Assembly: GCA_937925815.1 (NCBI GenBank)
Contig: CALAMQ010000014.1
Span: 2,169 to 66,168, forward strand
Reading direction: 5' to 3'
Length of the DNA: 64,000 nucleotides
Source of the DNA: an uncultured Granulosicoccaceae bacterium
GTDB lineage: Bacteria; Pseudomonadota; Gammaproteobacteria; CALCKW01
Made by a program: the position numbers and the translations under genes
Part shown: one piece after another, positions 13,296 to 24,318 of the stretch
Layout of the letters: every line of letters begins with the position of its first letter
How positions within the stretch are numbered: the first letter of the stretch is position 1
The notes under the pieces: model-generated
What the model saw: only the letters and a program-made list of their open reading frames with translations
Databases searched by the model: none
What the model was told of the DNA's origin: nothing

Positions 13296-13299
13296 AACC

Positions 13300-15321
13300 A
13301 TGACCCAATCTGTTCGCCGTCTACCCGATTTCACAGCCATTGACCCACCTGCAATTGCCGGTGCGCTGGAGGCCTTGCTTGAATCGACGCAGGGGAAAAT
13401 CGATACCCTGTGTGACGTGCCAACGCCCAATTGGGTCAATTTCGTGGAACCGTTTACTGACGCCTGTGACGCAGTAGACCGTTTTTGGTCGCCAGTAAGC
13501 CACCTCAACGCGGTCATGAGCTCTGATGCACTGCGAGATGCGTACAACGCCGGGTTGCAAACCTTGCAAGCCTTCTACACCGACCTTGGCCAAAACCGCG
13601 CGTTGTTTGACCAGTACCGCGCCATAGAGGCCTCCGAGGCGTACAACTCTTTCAGCGTCGATCAACGCGTTGTCATTGACAAGGCGCTGCGGGATTTCCG
13701 TCTGTCAGGTGTTGATCTGGAGGGCGAGGCCAAAGCTCGGTACCGGGATGTCAGTCTGCGAATGAGCGAGTTGGGCAGCCAGTATCAAGACCAACTGCTC
13801 GACGCGACCAATGCCTGGTCACTGGTACTCGAAGACGACTCTCGGCTCGCCGGCTTGCCTGACCACAGCAAGCAGCTGCTTGCGCAGATGGCAGAGCACA
13901 GCGGAGAGGGGGCTTACGTCGTCAATTTGCAAATGCCAAGCTACATTGCTGTCATGACTTACGCAGATGATCGTGCACTGCGTGAGTCGGTGTATCGGGC
14001 CTACAACACCCGAGCGTCAGACCAAGGGCCAAACGCAGGTCAATGGGACAATGGTCCCGTGATCGATGAATTGATTGCACTGCGCACCGAAAAGGCGGCC
14101 TTGCTCGGCTTCAGCAATTACGCCGAACTGTCGCTTGCCACAAAGATGGCCAAAAACGCAGACGAGGTGACCGGATTCCTGCGTGACTTGGCGCAGCGCA
14201 GTCGCGGCTTTGCCGAGAGCGAGCTGAACGAGCTTCGCAAATTTGCAGCCGCAGCTGGACTCGAGGGTGATTTGCAACCCTGGGACACCGGCTACTACGC
14301 AGAGAAGCTCAGGCTGCAAAAACACGCCTTCTCAAGTGAAGAACTCAAGCCCTATTTCCCAGCTGACAAAGCAATCGCAGGTTTGTTTGCTGTCGCCAAG
14401 CGACTCTTCGATGTGTCGATAGAGAAAGTCGATGGCGCTGCGAGCTACCACCCGGATGTCGACCTTTATCGCATCAGCCGAAATGGCGAGGAAATCGGTA
14501 ACTTTTATTTTGATTTGTACAGTCGCCCGGAGAAGCGCGGTGGCGCTTGGATGGCAGGGTGCGTCGACCGCAACCGCGTTGGAGACACCGTGCAATTGCC
14601 AGCCACGTTCATGGCGTGCAACCTCACGCCGCCAATCGGTGACGCGCCGGCGTTGTTTGATCACCAGGAAGTCACCACGCTGTTTCACGAGTTTGGGCAC
14701 GGTCTGCATCACATGCTGACCCGGGTCGACAATGCGGCGATTTCGGGGATCAATGGCGTCGAATGGGACGCTGTGGAATTGCCGAGTCAATTCCTCGAGA
14801 ACTGGTGTTGGGATCGCGAGTCGCTCGATGTCATTGCCGGTCACCACGAAAGTGGTGAGCCCATTCCGGATGATCTGCTGTCGCGCGCACAAGCGGCCAA
14901 GAATTTCGGCGCTGGGTTGCAGATGCTTCGACAGATTGAATTGGGCTTATTCGACATATTGATTCACAGCGGCTCCACGGATGCTGCGGTTGATGTGCAA
15001 GGCGTTTTAGACGCTGTGCGCGCCGAGGTGTCATTGATCCACCCGCCGGTGGACAACCGTTTTCAGTGCGGCTTCGCGCACCTCTTTGCCGGTGGGTACG
15101 CGGCGGGCTACTTCAGCTACAAGTGGGCAGAGGTGCTCTCAGCTGACGCCTTTTCGCGCTTTGAAGAAGAGGGCATTTTCAGTGAATCGGCCGGCACGGC
15201 GTTTCGTGAGGAAGTGTTGGAGCGCGGCGGTTCGCGGCCAGCGATGGCGTCCTTTGTGGCCTTCCGCGGACGCGAGCCCAAAGTTGACGCACTGTTGCGT
15301 CACAACGGCCTTGCCGCCTGA
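13300..15321 (+). CDS. prlC: Oligopeptidase A (M3 metallopeptidase)
   Basis: FHEFGHGLHH zinc motif, VEWDAVELPSQ and GGYAAGYFSYKWAEVL. ATG at 13300 lies 4 bp after the gyrB stop. Confidence 0.93.
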   Translation: MTQSVRRLPDFTAIDPPAIAGALEALLESTQGKIDTLCDVPTPNWVNFVEPFTDACDAVDRFWSPVSHLNAVMSSDALRDAYNAGLQTLQAFYTDLGQNRALFDQYRAIEASEAYNSFSVDQRVVIDKALRDFRLSGVDLEGEAKARYRDVSLRMSELGSQYQDQLLDATNAWSLVLEDDSRLAGLPDHSKQLLAQMAEHSGEGAYVVNLQMPSYIAVMTYADDRALRESVYRAYNTRASDQGPNAGQWDNGPVIDELIALRTEKAALLGFSNYAELSLATKMAKNADEVTGFLRDLAQRSRGFAESELNELRKFAAAAGLEGDLQPWDTGYYAEKLRLQKHAFSSEELKPYFPADKAIAGLFAVAKRLFDVSIEKVDGAASYHPDVDLYRISRNGEEIGNFYFDLYSRPEKRGGAWMAGCVDRNRVGDTVQLPATFMACNLTPPIGDAPALFDHQEVTTLFHEFGHGLHHMLTRVDNAAISGINGVEWDAVELPSQFLENWCWDRESLDVIAGHHESGEPIPDDLLSRAQAAKNFGAGLQMLRQIELGLFDILIHSGSTDAAVDVQGVLDAVRAEVSLIHPPVDNRFQCGFAHLFAGGYAAGYFSYKWAEVLSADAFSRFEEEGIFSESAGTAFREEVLERGGSRPAMASFVAFRGREPKVDALLRHNGLAA

Positions 15322-15505
15322 GTCACGGGATCGCAAACGCAATTCGCCTGTCATTCACGCCAGGTGAGGTGAGATTTGGCGCGGCCTGAGTCGGTAGTAA
15401 AATCGACACGGCGCGCCGGTGCGTGGATAGAGTGCACCGTCTCCACACACTGAACCCGACGGTTGTTCCGGTGTCTGCCACTGAGCCTCCCTGAGTCAAA
15501 TTCCA

Positions 15506-16969
15506 ATGCACTACACCGATTTACGCGATTTCATAAACCGGCTTGAGTCCATGGGTGAGTTGAAACGCGTCTCTGCGCGCGTTGACCCCAAATTGGAGAT
15601 GACCGAAGTGTGCGATCGGTTGTTGCGCGCCGGTGGACCCGCGGTGTTGTTTGAGCAGCCCACTGGGCACGATGTCCCGGTACTTGGCAATTTGTTTGGC
15701 ACACCTGAGCGCGTCGCCTACGGCATGGGCGAAGACTCAGTGGAGGCGCTTCGGGAAGTGGGCAAGTTGCTCGCGTTTCTCAAGGAACCCGATCCGCCCA
15801 AAGGGCTTAAAGACGCATGGCAAAGCTTGCCCATTTTCAAAAAAGTGCTGGATATGGCGCCCAAACGCGTGCGCCACGCCCCTTGTCAGGCCGAGCAGTT
15901 CGCCGGTGATGAAGTCGATCTTGCGCGCTATCCCATTCAGACTTGTTGGCCGGGTGATGCCGGGCCACTGATCACCTGGGGTTTGGTGGTCACCCGTGGC
16001 CCGACCAAATCACGGCAAAACATGGGCATCTACCGGCAGCAGGTGATTGGACCAAACAGGGTGATTATGCGGTGGCTTGCACACCGTGGTGGTGCGTTGG
16101 ATTTTGCCGAGTGGTGCCAAGTCCACCCGAACACACCGTTTCCTGTGGCTGTTGTGCTCGGCGCGGACCCCGCAACTATTCTCGGTGCGGTGACACCGGT
16201 GCCAGACAGTTTGGCTGAACACGCCTTTGCGGGTCTGCTCCGGGGCGAGCGTACCAAGCTTGTCAAATGCATTGATTCTGATCTCGAGGTGCCAGCCAGC
16301 GCGGAGATTGTGCTCGAGGGCCATCTCACACCCGGTGACAACGCAGATGAGGGCCCATTTGGGGATCACACTGGCTATTACAACGAAGTCGATCAGTTTC
16401 CAGTCTTCACCATCACGCGTATCACACAGCGTGACAAGCCGATCTACCACTCAACCTACACCGGACGTCCACCGGACGAACCCGCTGTGCTCGGCGTGGC
16501 ACTGAATGAAGTGTTTGTGCCGATCTTGCAAAAACAGTTTCCAGAGATCACGGACTTCTACCTGCCTCCAGAGGGATGCAGTTACCGCTTGGCGGTTGTG
16601 AGTATCAAAAAAGCCTACGCCGGCCACGCCAAGCGAGTGATGATGGGGGTGTGGTCATTTCTGCGCCAGTTCATGTACACCAAGTTTGTGATTGTGGTGG
16701 ATGACGACATTGATGCCCGCGAGTGGAAAGACGTGATCTGGGCGATGACGACGCGGGTCGACCCAAGCAGGGACATTACCCTGATTGATAACACACCTAT
16801 TGATTACCTTGATTTCGCGTCACCAGTGTCGGGCTTGGGTTCGAAAATGGGCTTGGACGCAACCAACAAATGGCCGGGCGAGACAACGCGCGAGTGGGGT
16901 GAGCCGATTCGGATGTCAACCGAAGTTCAGGCCCGTGTGGACGAGCTCTGGGAGTCGCTTGGACTCTGA
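15506..16969 (+). CDS. ubiD: 4-hydroxy-3-polyprenylbenzoate decarboxylase
   Basis: [30 protein letters not shown] and DYLDFASP. Confidence 0.97.
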   Translation: MHYTDLRDFINRLESMGELKRVSARVDPKLEMTEVCDRLLRAGGPAVLFEQPTGHDVPVLGNLFGTPERVAYGMGEDSVEALREVGKLLAFLKEPDPPKGLKDAWQSLPIFKKVLDMAPKRVRHAPCQAEQFAGDEVDLARYPIQTCWPGDAGPLITWGLVVTRGPTKSRQNMGIYRQQVIGPNRVIMRWLAHRGGALDFAEWCQVHPNTPFPVAVVLGADPATILGAVTPVPDSLAEHAFAGLLRGERTKLVKCIDSDLEVPASAEIVLEGHLTPGDNADEGPFGDHTGYYNEVDQFPVFTITRITQRDKPIYHSTYTGRPPDEPAVLGVALNEVFVPILQKQFPEITDFYLPPEGCSYRLAVVSIKKAYAGHAKRVMMGVWSFLRQFMYTKFVIVVDDDIDAREWKDVIWAMTTRVDPSRDITLIDNTPIDYLDFASPVSGLGSKMGLDATNKWPGETTREWGEPIRMSTEVQARVDELWESLGL

Positions 16970-17062
16970 TTCAGGCTGGGCACCTGAAGCATTGGCTGCG
17001 CGTTGCTCGTGCAGGGAGAATTTACCCCTATCCTGTGACTGTCTCTCAGTCACCGTGCCGCT

Positions 17063-18414
17063 ATGTCTGACTCGCCCAACCTCACCACCGACAGCATCCG
17101 CCCGCTGATTGTGCGCGTTGCTGTGCCCGCTGCGGTGGGGAACCTATTCAACGTGATGTTCAACGTCGTCGACAGCTGGTATGCAGCGCAGTTGTCGACC
17201 GATGCACTCGCTGGACTGTCACTGTCGTTTCCGCTGTATTTTGTGTTTGTGGTGCTTGGTGCCGCTGTCGCTGCCAGTGGTGGCGCGTTGGTTGGCAACG
17301 CACTCGGCGCTGGGGAACGTGAACGAGCCGGTTTGTGGTGTTACCAATTGATCGCGTTGTCTCTAGGTTTCAGTGCCGTGATCATGGTTTTTGGTCTCGT
17401 TGGCACCTCAGCCGTTTTCAGTGCCATGGGCGCCGAGGGCGCTTACCTCGCGGCTGCCAATGACTACATACAAACGCTCTATCTCGGCGCGCCGTGCCTG
17501 TTATTGCCTTTTGCGATTAACGCAGGGCTGACCTCACAAGGCAAAACGACGGTGTTTCGCAATGTCTTGGTGGTCGGCTTTTTTGCCAACCTCGTGCTCA
17601 ATCCGTGGTTTATTTACGGCGGCTTGGGGTTGCCTGCGATGGGGGTGCGTGGCATCGCCCTGGCGACGTTGCTGGTGCAGGGCTTGGGTGCGTTTATTTG
17701 TGGCTGAATTTGCGCCACAGTGGCTTGGTTGAGCGCTTCTGGAGCGCTGCACTTTGGCCCAATGCCGCTATGTTGCGTGAATTGGTCGTGCAAGCTCTGC
17801 CGCTTGCGGCAAGTCTCGGGTCAATTGGTGCGTTTTTCTTCATGGCCAACGCCTACATCAATGACTTTGGCCCGGCTGCTGTAGCGGCCTATGGCATTGG
17901 TCTTCGAATCGAGCAGTTGGTGTTGGTACCGGCGATGGCGATCAATCACGCAGCGCTTGCGCTGGTTGCCAATAATGTCGGAGCCGGGCTGACTGATCGG
18001 GTCTACGCGAGTTGGCGACACTGTATCGTGATGAGCGCGGTGTTACTGAGCGTCGGCGGCGTGTTGATACTTGTCTTTGGCAGTACGCTCATGAGCTGGT
18101 TCACCACTGATCAAACCGTCGTGCGCTATGGGGTTGGCTACTTGATGATCGAAGCCTTTGCCCTGCCGGCCTATGCCTTCATTCACACCAATGGCGGTGT
18201 ATTGCAAGGTGTGAAGCGGCCGCAGGCTGTGATGTGGGTCGGTATGGCGCGGTCTCTGGTCTTACCCGCGATTGCCTTGCCGCTGATGATTGAATGGGCG
18301 GAATTTGGGATCAACGCCGTGTGGTGGATGATTCTGGTGCTGGCTTGGGGCAGTGCATTGGCGTTGCACTGGCACACAGCGCGGGTGTTGCGTGAGCGTT
18401 GCGCCGCGCTGTGA
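17063..18414 (+). pseudogene. MATE family efflux transporter split by a 1-bp frameshift (true pseudogene or sequencing error)
   Basis: N-half (17063-17707: VVDSWY, MGVRGIALAT) and C-half (to 18414: FGPAAVAAYGIG) rejoin as ...VQGLGCVYLW... if one base is added at the GGG at 17686-17688. Confidence 0.8.
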
Positions 18415-18461
18415 TGGCGATGCCGCGGTGACCTAGCACGGTCACCGCGAGGTTTCGCAGC

Positions 18462-19631
18462 TCAAGCCAGGGCGAGGGCAAGTCCGCGAGAGAGGTGAGC
18501 GATGGCGTTCTCGGTGTCACCGTTTTGCCGCGCCACGTCGGCTAGGCCTTGTTGCGCCGCTGGGCTGTCAGCGAGTGCAGCGGATTGCTCAAGGTAACTC
18601 TTGGCTTTACCCCAGAGCTCTTGTCGCAAGCAAAGCGTGCCGGCGGCGGTGAGCAGAGTCGCGTTGTTCTCATTGGATTTAAGCAATGACTCGACTCGGC
18701 TGAGTTGGCGTGCGCTGTCGGCACCTGACAAGTTGCCATATAGCGCGATCAAGTTGTCATCGAGATGCCGATTGAGGTTGTCGCCAATAACGCGTTCTGC
18801 GGTACCCATGTCATTGAGTGCAATTAAACGCTGTGCATAGGCTGCGATCGCCTTGGGGTTATCCCGGGTCGACGCGGGCAGGCTCTTCCAAATTTTTGTG
18901 GTGGCGGCGTCTTCGCACTTGGCGAATGTGGCTGCGGCCGTCTCTGCTTCAATGTCGGACAGTTCGGCGGCGGGCAGAACCTCGTGCTTTCGCAGATCAC
19001 CCAGCATGTCCAGTAATTGGTCGTGCTGGCCGGCGCGCTGCAGGGCACGTGCACGCAACCGTTGCGCAACGAGATTGCGCGGGTCGTTGGCGCCAATTTC
19101 CTCAAGCGTTGCCAGGGCACCTTCGTGGTCGTCGGACTCGAGCTGAATACCCGCTTGTGTGAGCCTTAGCGCTTTTGACGCAGCTGGGCTGTCAGTGACG
19201 GCTTTATCGATGTACGCATCACGTTGCGCTTGATCACCGCGTGCATTGGCCGCGTGGGCCGCCGAAATATAGTGAAGCGTGGCTTGAGGACCGGCTGGCA
19301 TGTCCTTTATCAGCACGCGTTCGGCGCGAGCAAATCGCCCCTCGGCGAGATCGACGGTGCCATCGACCAGTCGATTCAACGAAGCATCTTGTTGGCGACG
19401 GGTCATGATTTGGCCGAATCGCCGTGGTGCGTTGAACAACCAACCGAGCAATCGAACGATCAAATACAAGCCGATGAAACCCACTAGCGCAACCAGCGCG
19501 ACGATAGCCAACGGGCCGTCATAGGATGCCCCCATGAACTCTGCGCGAACCAAGCCTGCATCTTGTTGCAGAAACACGGCCGCCGCGATAACGATGGCGA
19601 CAATAACCGCCGTGATCAATATGGCCCTCAT
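18462..19631 (-). CDS. hemY: HemY family membrane/TPR protein
   Basis: Two N-terminal TM helices, LAEGRFARAER and C-terminal TPR-like LCLRQELWGKAKSYLE; follows hemX. Confidence 0.85.
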   Translation of the reverse strand: MRAILITAVIVAIVIAAAVFLQQDAGLVRAEFMGASYDGPLAIVALVALVGFIGLYLIVRLLGWLFNAPRRFGQIMTRRQQDASLNRLVDGTVDLAEGRFARAERVLIKDMPAGPQATLHYISAAHAANARGDQAQRDAYIDKAVTDSPAASKALRLTQAGIQLESDDHEGALATLEEIGANDPRNLVAQRLRARALQRAGQHDQLLDMLGDLRKHEVLPAAELSDIEAETAAATFAKCEDAATTKIWKSLPASTRDNPKAIAAYAQRLIALNDMGTAERVIGDNLNRHLDDNLIALYGNLSGADSARQLSRVESLLKSNENNATLLTAAGTLCLRQELWGKAKSYLEQSAALADSPAAQQGLADVARQNGDTENAIAHLSRGLALALA

Positions 19632-21028
19632 GATTTGTCCCCAATTTTCTGGTTGGTCTCGACCAGTAGACGCAGAGCCGTACCAAGTTGCTCTGCCCGG
19701 GGCACAACACTGATCTCGGCGAGAAGGTCGAGTTGATTGATGAATGATTGCGTGTCGGTGTGTTCAGTGTCGAACAGGGAATTGACACGGCTGCGTGCAT
19801 TGCTCATGTGAGTGTCGAAGCCGTCTTGATCACGTCTCATGGCAGACAGTTGCGCGGCTTGTAAATTGAGGCGAACAAGCTCGGCGTTGGTGCTCTCAGC
19901 TTCGGAGGGTGCGAAAATGCCATCTTGTTCTGAACCAAATTGTTGCCCGCTTGACGTCTTGATACTGACATTTTGCTTCAAGCTTGCGAGTAAGTTTGCA
20001 GCGAGTTTGCCAAGGCCGTTGTCATCGGTGTCAGCAACTTCTGTGTCGGGTTGCTCACTCTGCGGTGCATCTTGATCAGCTTCTGGCGTGTCATTGCCCG
20101 GCATGCGCAGGTCAGACGCCGCGCGCGACAGGGCGCGGATATCGATGATGAGCTGTTCGATATCGGGCTGGCTCGCACTGCGTAACTCGGTGATTTCAGC
20201 ACTGATTGCGCGCTGCACGGGCAGGTATTCCACTTCAGCGAGCACTTTGAGCTGTTCTTTGGATGCTTTGAGCGCCTCTACAGCTGAATTGGTGTCTCCC
20301 GCCAAGACCACCCGATGAACCGCTGTGCGCAACAGGTACTCAATTTCACTGAGCAGCCACGCACGCTGATTGCGGTTAATTTTCATCTGGGTTTCTTGGA
20401 GGCTGTCGTTGAGTTCTCCGGTTCTCGCCTCGACTAAGCCAGTGAGTTCATCGCTTCGTGTCTCCAGCCGTGAGTCGAGCTCAGTGGTGCGCGATTCCAA
20501 CGCGCCAGCCAATTCATTCGAACGGTCTTGCAACGCCTGACTGAGTGCGTTGTTACCGCCCTCAATCGACGCGATCAACTCCGCAGTATTGGTCTCTATG
20601 GTTTCACTGTTATTTTGAATGCTGGCGAGCGCATTTTCTAAGGTCGAGCTCATGTCACTGGAGCCCTGCTCCAGAGCGTCGGCCCGATTTACAAGTGCGG
20701 TACTTGCGGCGCTGAGTTCATCCGCTTTTGCATCTAATGCATCGAGCTTGCCGGTAAAGGCGTCGCTCATATCGGCCATGCCACTTTCAACGTCAGCTGC
20801 GGCCGTGTCGAGTTTGCCGCTGACGTTCTGCTGCAGTTGGCTGATCTGGCTGCTCATTGCGTGGTGTGTGTACCAAGCACCACCAATGCCTGCGAGTGCG
20901 AGCGCGAGCGCGACCAGTGTCAAGCGGTTGTCTTGTGAGCCACCACGGTCTCCGGCGGTGGCTGGCGTTGCGTCACTTTTGGCACCCGAAGTTGCAGGCG
21001 CTGGAGGGGCTGTGTGCTTACTCTTCAT
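19628..21028 (-). CDS. hemX: HemX family membrane protein with an expanded helical-repeat stalk
   Basis: Single TM helix, coiled coil, the WLLSEIEYLL motif and C-terminal LRLNLQAAQL-like helix; position in hemCDXY. Confidence 0.8.
   Translation of the reverse strand: MKSKHTAPPAPATSGAKSDATPATAGDRGGSQDNRLTLVALALALAGIGGAWYTHHAMSSQISQLQQNVSGKLDTAAADVESGMADMSDAFTGKLDALDAKADELSAASTALVNRADALEQGSSDMSSTLENALASIQNNSETIETNTAELIASIEGGNNALSQALQDRSNELAGALESRTTELDSRLETRSDELTGLVEARTGELNDSLQETQMKINRNQRAWLLSEIEYLLRTAVHRVVLAGDTNSAVEALKASKEQLKVLAEVEYLPVQRAISAEITELRSASQPDIEQLIIDIRALSRAASDLRMPGNDTPEADQDAPQSEQPDTEVADTDDNGLGKLAANLLASLKQNVSIKTSSGQQFGSEQDGIFAPSEAESTNAELVRLNLQAAQLSAMRRDQDGFDTHMSNARSRVNSLFDTEHTDTQSFINQLDLLAEISVVPRAEQLGTALRLLVETNQKIGDKS
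20378..20553 (-). repeat. Degenerate 33-bp (11-aa) tandem repeat inside hemX
   Basis: LSQALQDRSNE/LAGALESRTTE/LDSRLETRSDE/LTGLVEARTGE/LNDSLQETQMK. Related hexamers recur every 33 nt at 20411, 20444, 20477, 20510 and 20543. Confidence 0.7.
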
Positions 21029-21041
21029 TATCCCATTGTCT

Positions 21042-21791
21042 CTAAAGGGGTAAACCGGCCAAAGCGTGGAGCTGTCCGATGTCGCCGGCGGGCATGGCCA
21101 CGCTGATCGTGCCGTAAAAACCCCGCAACTCGGCGTGCCGTTGGTTGCGTGGACTGTTGACGATTAGTGTGGCGCCGAGCAGCTGCGATCGAATGGCGTC
21201 TCCGGCTAGTGTAACAAGGTTGTCCAGCGCCTCGTCACTGCCGCAAAGGATCACGTCTACGTTTTGTAACAGTGCACGCGAGTGTTCAAATTCTGATGCA
21301 GTGGGGGATCTGCGGCGGTAGACGATGTGCTCACACAGCTGCGCGCCCCGGGCTCGCACGGTTTGCGCGATCAGATCTCGGCCACCCTCGCCGCGCACCA
21401 AAACCACTTGTTTGCCTGTCAGAGCCTGTAGCGTTGGGTGTTTCAGCAATTGTTCGGAGTCAGATTGTCCAGCGCCGAGCGGTTCGACGTCATGACCCAG
21501 GCGGGTCAGTGCGCTTGCTGTAGCAGCGCCGATTGCGACAATTGCCGCGCCTGACTGTCGAAGTTGGTCGAGCGAGCCAAGCTGATTAGCGTAGGTTACG
21601 GCGTTTTGACTGATGAAGATTGCGATGTCGCAAGTCCCAAGTGCGGCCGTATCCTGGGGCGAGGTCACCGGGGTTTCGATCACCAGAGTGGGGCATCGCA
21701 GCGCGGTGTGTCCGAGCTCGCGGACTCCTGCCACCAGTGATTGTGCTTGCTGTGCCGGGCGGGTGATCAGTACCCGCAGCGGTCGCGTCAT
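21042..21791 (-). CDS. hemD: Uroporphyrinogen-III synthase
   Basis: [26 protein letters not shown] and RGEGGRDLI. Confidence 0.93.
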   Translation of the reverse strand: MTRPLRVLITRPAQQAQSLVAGVRELGHTALRCPTLVIETPVTSPQDTAALGTCDIAIFISQNAVTYANQLGSLDQLRQSGAAIVAIGAATASALTRLGHDVEPLGAGQSDSEQLLKHPTLQALTGKQVVLVRGEGGRDLIAQTVRARGAQLCEHIVYRRRSPTASEFEHSRALLQNVDVILCGSDEALDNLVTLAGDAIRSQLLGATLIVNSPRNQRHAELRGFYGTISVAMPAGDIGQLHALAGLPL

Positions 21792-22741
21792 CCGTTCGAC
21801 CCGTGCCGACCAGGCTGCATGCCGAGCTCTCGAAGCAGCGCATCTGCTCCGTCGCTCAAGAGCGATTCTGCCAGGGCAGTGCCGAGCGCATCGGCCTCAT
21901 CTCGCGGTCGGGAACCGGCGGCCTCATAGTGTTCTCCGCCGCCCGGTCGCGCAACACTGCCACGTTGGTGCAGGGTGTTGCCCTCCAGTGTGGCGTAGCT
22001 TGCGATTGGCACTTGGCAGCCGCCGTCGAGTCGCCGATTCATCGCGCGTTCGGCGATCAGGCACACAGCCGTGTCAGCGCAGTGTAGCGGTGCGAGCAAT
22101 GCGGCAATCTCGCTGTCTCCTGATCGGGATTCAATGCCAATGGCTCCTTGCCCGACAGCCGGTAGACAAACGCTGGGGTCGAGCCGTTCGCGGATTCGGT
22201 CGCCGAGGTCGAGGCGGTCTAAACCTGCACACGCGAGGATGATGGCGTCATAGTCACCGGCGTCGAGTTTCGCCAAGCGGGTGTTGACGCTGCCGCGCAG
22301 CATGCGGACATCGAGATCGGGTCGAGCAGCTCGGACAGCCCCTTCTCGGCGCAAGCTGCTGGTGCCAACGACCGCGCCCTCTGGCAACGCGGCCAACGCG
22401 TCGTGTTCAGGGCTGACAAAGGCGTCGCGCGGGTCTTCTCGTTTCAAGATCGCCGAGAGCTGGAATCCAGCTGGCAGCACCACTGGCACATCTTTCATCG
22501 AGTGCACAGCAATGTCAGCTCGCCCGTCTTGCATGGCCACTTCCAGCTCTTTGACAAACAGCCCCTTGCCACCAATTTTTGCAAGTGGGCTGTCCAAGAG
22601 CTTGTCGCCCTGGGTCACAAAGGTGACCAGCTCGACCTCGAGACCAGTGTGTGCCTGGCGCAATAACGCGGCCACGTGTTCGGCTTGCCACAACGCGAGC
22701 GGGCTCTTGCGAGTGGCGATGCGAAGAACGGATTGAGTCAT
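21788..22741 (-). CDS. hemC: Porphobilinogen deaminase (hydroxymethylbilane synthase)
   Basis: [34 protein letters not shown] and [10 protein letters not shown] at 22741. Confidence 0.98.
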   Translation of the reverse strand: MTQSVLRIATRKSPLALWQAEHVAALLRQAHTGLEVELVTFVTQGDKLLDSPLAKIGGKGLFVKELEVAMQDGRADIAVHSMKDVPVVLPAGFQLSAILKREDPRDAFVSPEHDALAALPEGAVVGTSSLRREGAVRAARPDLDVRMLRGSVNTRLAKLDAGDYDAIILACAGLDRLDLGDRIRERLDPSVCLPAVGQGAIGIESRSGDSEIAALLAPLHCADTAVCLIAERAMNRRLDGGCQVPIASYATLEGNTLHQRGSVARPGGGEHYEAAGSRPRDEADALGTALAESLLSDGADALLRELGMQPGRHGSNG

Positions 22742-22902
22742 GCGGGCTGCCGGTTGGGAAATTGGGTGCGCGGGGTTCGCAACCCTGCTTTTTATCAAAT
22801 ACAACAACACAACGCGATGTTTTTTCCGGTGAACAAACCCTGATTGGGTCTCGTCTGTGAGGTCGGCGGTGTACACTTGACGGGAACAGTTTGGAGAAAC
22901 CG

Positions 22903-23070
22903 ATGCGTGTTTTCATCGCCGCTGCGCTGACCAGCGTAGTGGTTTTTGCGCTGGCGGCGTGTGGTAACAAAGGCGCGCTTTACCTACCTGACGTGTCGCG
23001 TGACAACCCGGTGTCTGTCAATGACACGGACGAGCGCGAGCGAAATGATCGTGAGGAATCATCGCAGTGA
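22903..23070 (+). CDS. lptM: Small lipoprotein LptM/YifL family, 55 aa (absent from the ORF track)
   Basis: [29 protein letters not shown]: lipobox plus the CGxKGxLYxP motif. GGAG RBS upstream; the stop overlaps the lysA GTG start. Confidence 0.88.
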   Translation: MRVFIAAALTSVVVFALAACGNKGALYLPDVSRDNPVSVNDTDERERNDREESSQ

Positions 23071-24317
23071 ATCCGTTTAACCTGCGTGACGGGCATTTGC
23101 ACGCTGAGTCCGTATCGCTCACGGCGCTTGCTGAGAAGCACGGTACGCCACTCTATGTGTACTCGCGCGGGGCGATTGAACACGCGTGGCGAGCCTATGA
23201 CGCGGCGCTTGCACCCTGGCCACATCGGATTTGTTATGCCGTCAAAGCCAACAGTAACCTGGCTGTACTGAATGTCTTGGCGAATCTTGGATCCGGTTTC
23301 GACATCGTCTCGGTGGGTGAGCTCGAACGGGTTATTGCCGCGGGCGGCGATCCAGCAAACGTGGTGTTCTCGGGTGTGGGCAAGCGGGTCGATGAGCTCG
23401 AGCGTGCACTTGAGGTCGGAATCCACAGTTTTAACGTTGAGTCCTTGAGTGAGATTGAGCAGTTAGCCGCCGTCGCTGCGGCGCATGGCGAGCGTGCGCG
23501 TGTCTCACTGCGTATCAATCCTGATGTGGATGCACAAACTCACCCTTACATCTCCACCGGGCTCAAAGAGAATAAGTTTGGCATTGGCCATGAAGTGGCG
23601 CTCGACGCTTACCGTCGCGCAGCTGCTCACGCCTCGCTCGATGTCCATGGCATTGATTGTCATATTGGCTCTCAATTAACCGAGGTGCAGCCCTTTGTCG
23701 ATGCGGCGGAGCGATTGTTGACCTTGGTCGATCAACTGGCTGAAGACGGGATCAATATTCGTGAGCTAGACCTTGGTGGGGGCCAAGGTGTCGTCTACCG
23801 CGATGAAAAGCCACTGGATTTGCAAGCCTGGCAAAATGCGGTGGCGCCTTTGTTGAGCGGCCGTGATTTGACACTGGTGGTAGAGCCGGGTCGTGCCATT
23901 GTCGCCAATGCTGGCGTGCTGCTGACGCGGGTTCACATCACCAAGGAAAACGGTGGTCGGCAGTTCGCCGTTGTTGATGCGGCGATGAATGACCTCATTC
24001 GCCCAGCGCTGTATCAAGCGTGGCAGGCGATCACGCCCGTCGTTGCCAACAGCGAACAACCAGTTGGCACCTGGGATATCGTTGGGCCTGTCTGTGAGTC
24101 TGCGGATTTTCTGGGCAAACAGCGCGAGCTGGCGATCAGTGAAGGTGACTTGCTTGCGGTGGAGTCAGCAGGTGCCTATTGCGCTGTGATGTCTTCTAAC
24201 TACAACACCCGGCCCCGTGCAGCTGAAGTGATGGTTGACGGTGGGTGCGACCACCTCGTTCGCAAGCGTGAAACCCTGCCTTCGCTTTTCGCTGGTGAGT
24301 CGGTTATAGAGAGCTGA
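23067..24317 (+). CDS. lysA: Diaminopimelate decarboxylase
   Basis: YAVKAN, HIGSQ, EPGR, GPVCES and SSNYN. Confidence 0.97.
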   Translation: MNPFNLRDGHLHAESVSLTALAEKHGTPLYVYSRGAIEHAWRAYDAALAPWPHRICYAVKANSNLAVLNVLANLGSGFDIVSVGELERVIAAGGDPANVVFSGVGKRVDELERALEVGIHSFNVESLSEIEQLAAVAAAHGERARVSLRINPDVDAQTHPYISTGLKENKFGIGHEVALDAYRRAAAHASLDVHGIDCHIGSQLTEVQPFVDAAERLLTLVDQLAEDGINIRELDLGGGQGVVYRDEKPLDLQAWQNAVAPLLSGRDLTLVVEPGRAIVANAGVLLTRVHITKENGGRQFAVVDAAMNDLIRPALYQAWQAITPVVANSEQPVGTWDIVGPVCESADFLGKQRELAISEGDLLAVESAGAYCAVMSSNYNTRPRAAEVMVDGGCDHLVRKRETLPSLFAGESVIES

Positions 24318-24318
24318 C

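Noticed and set aside
15322..15505. Intergenic gap between prlC and ubiD as a possible ncRNA
   Set aside because: No recognisable tRNA, riboswitch or sRNA features; likely just promoter and leader sequence.
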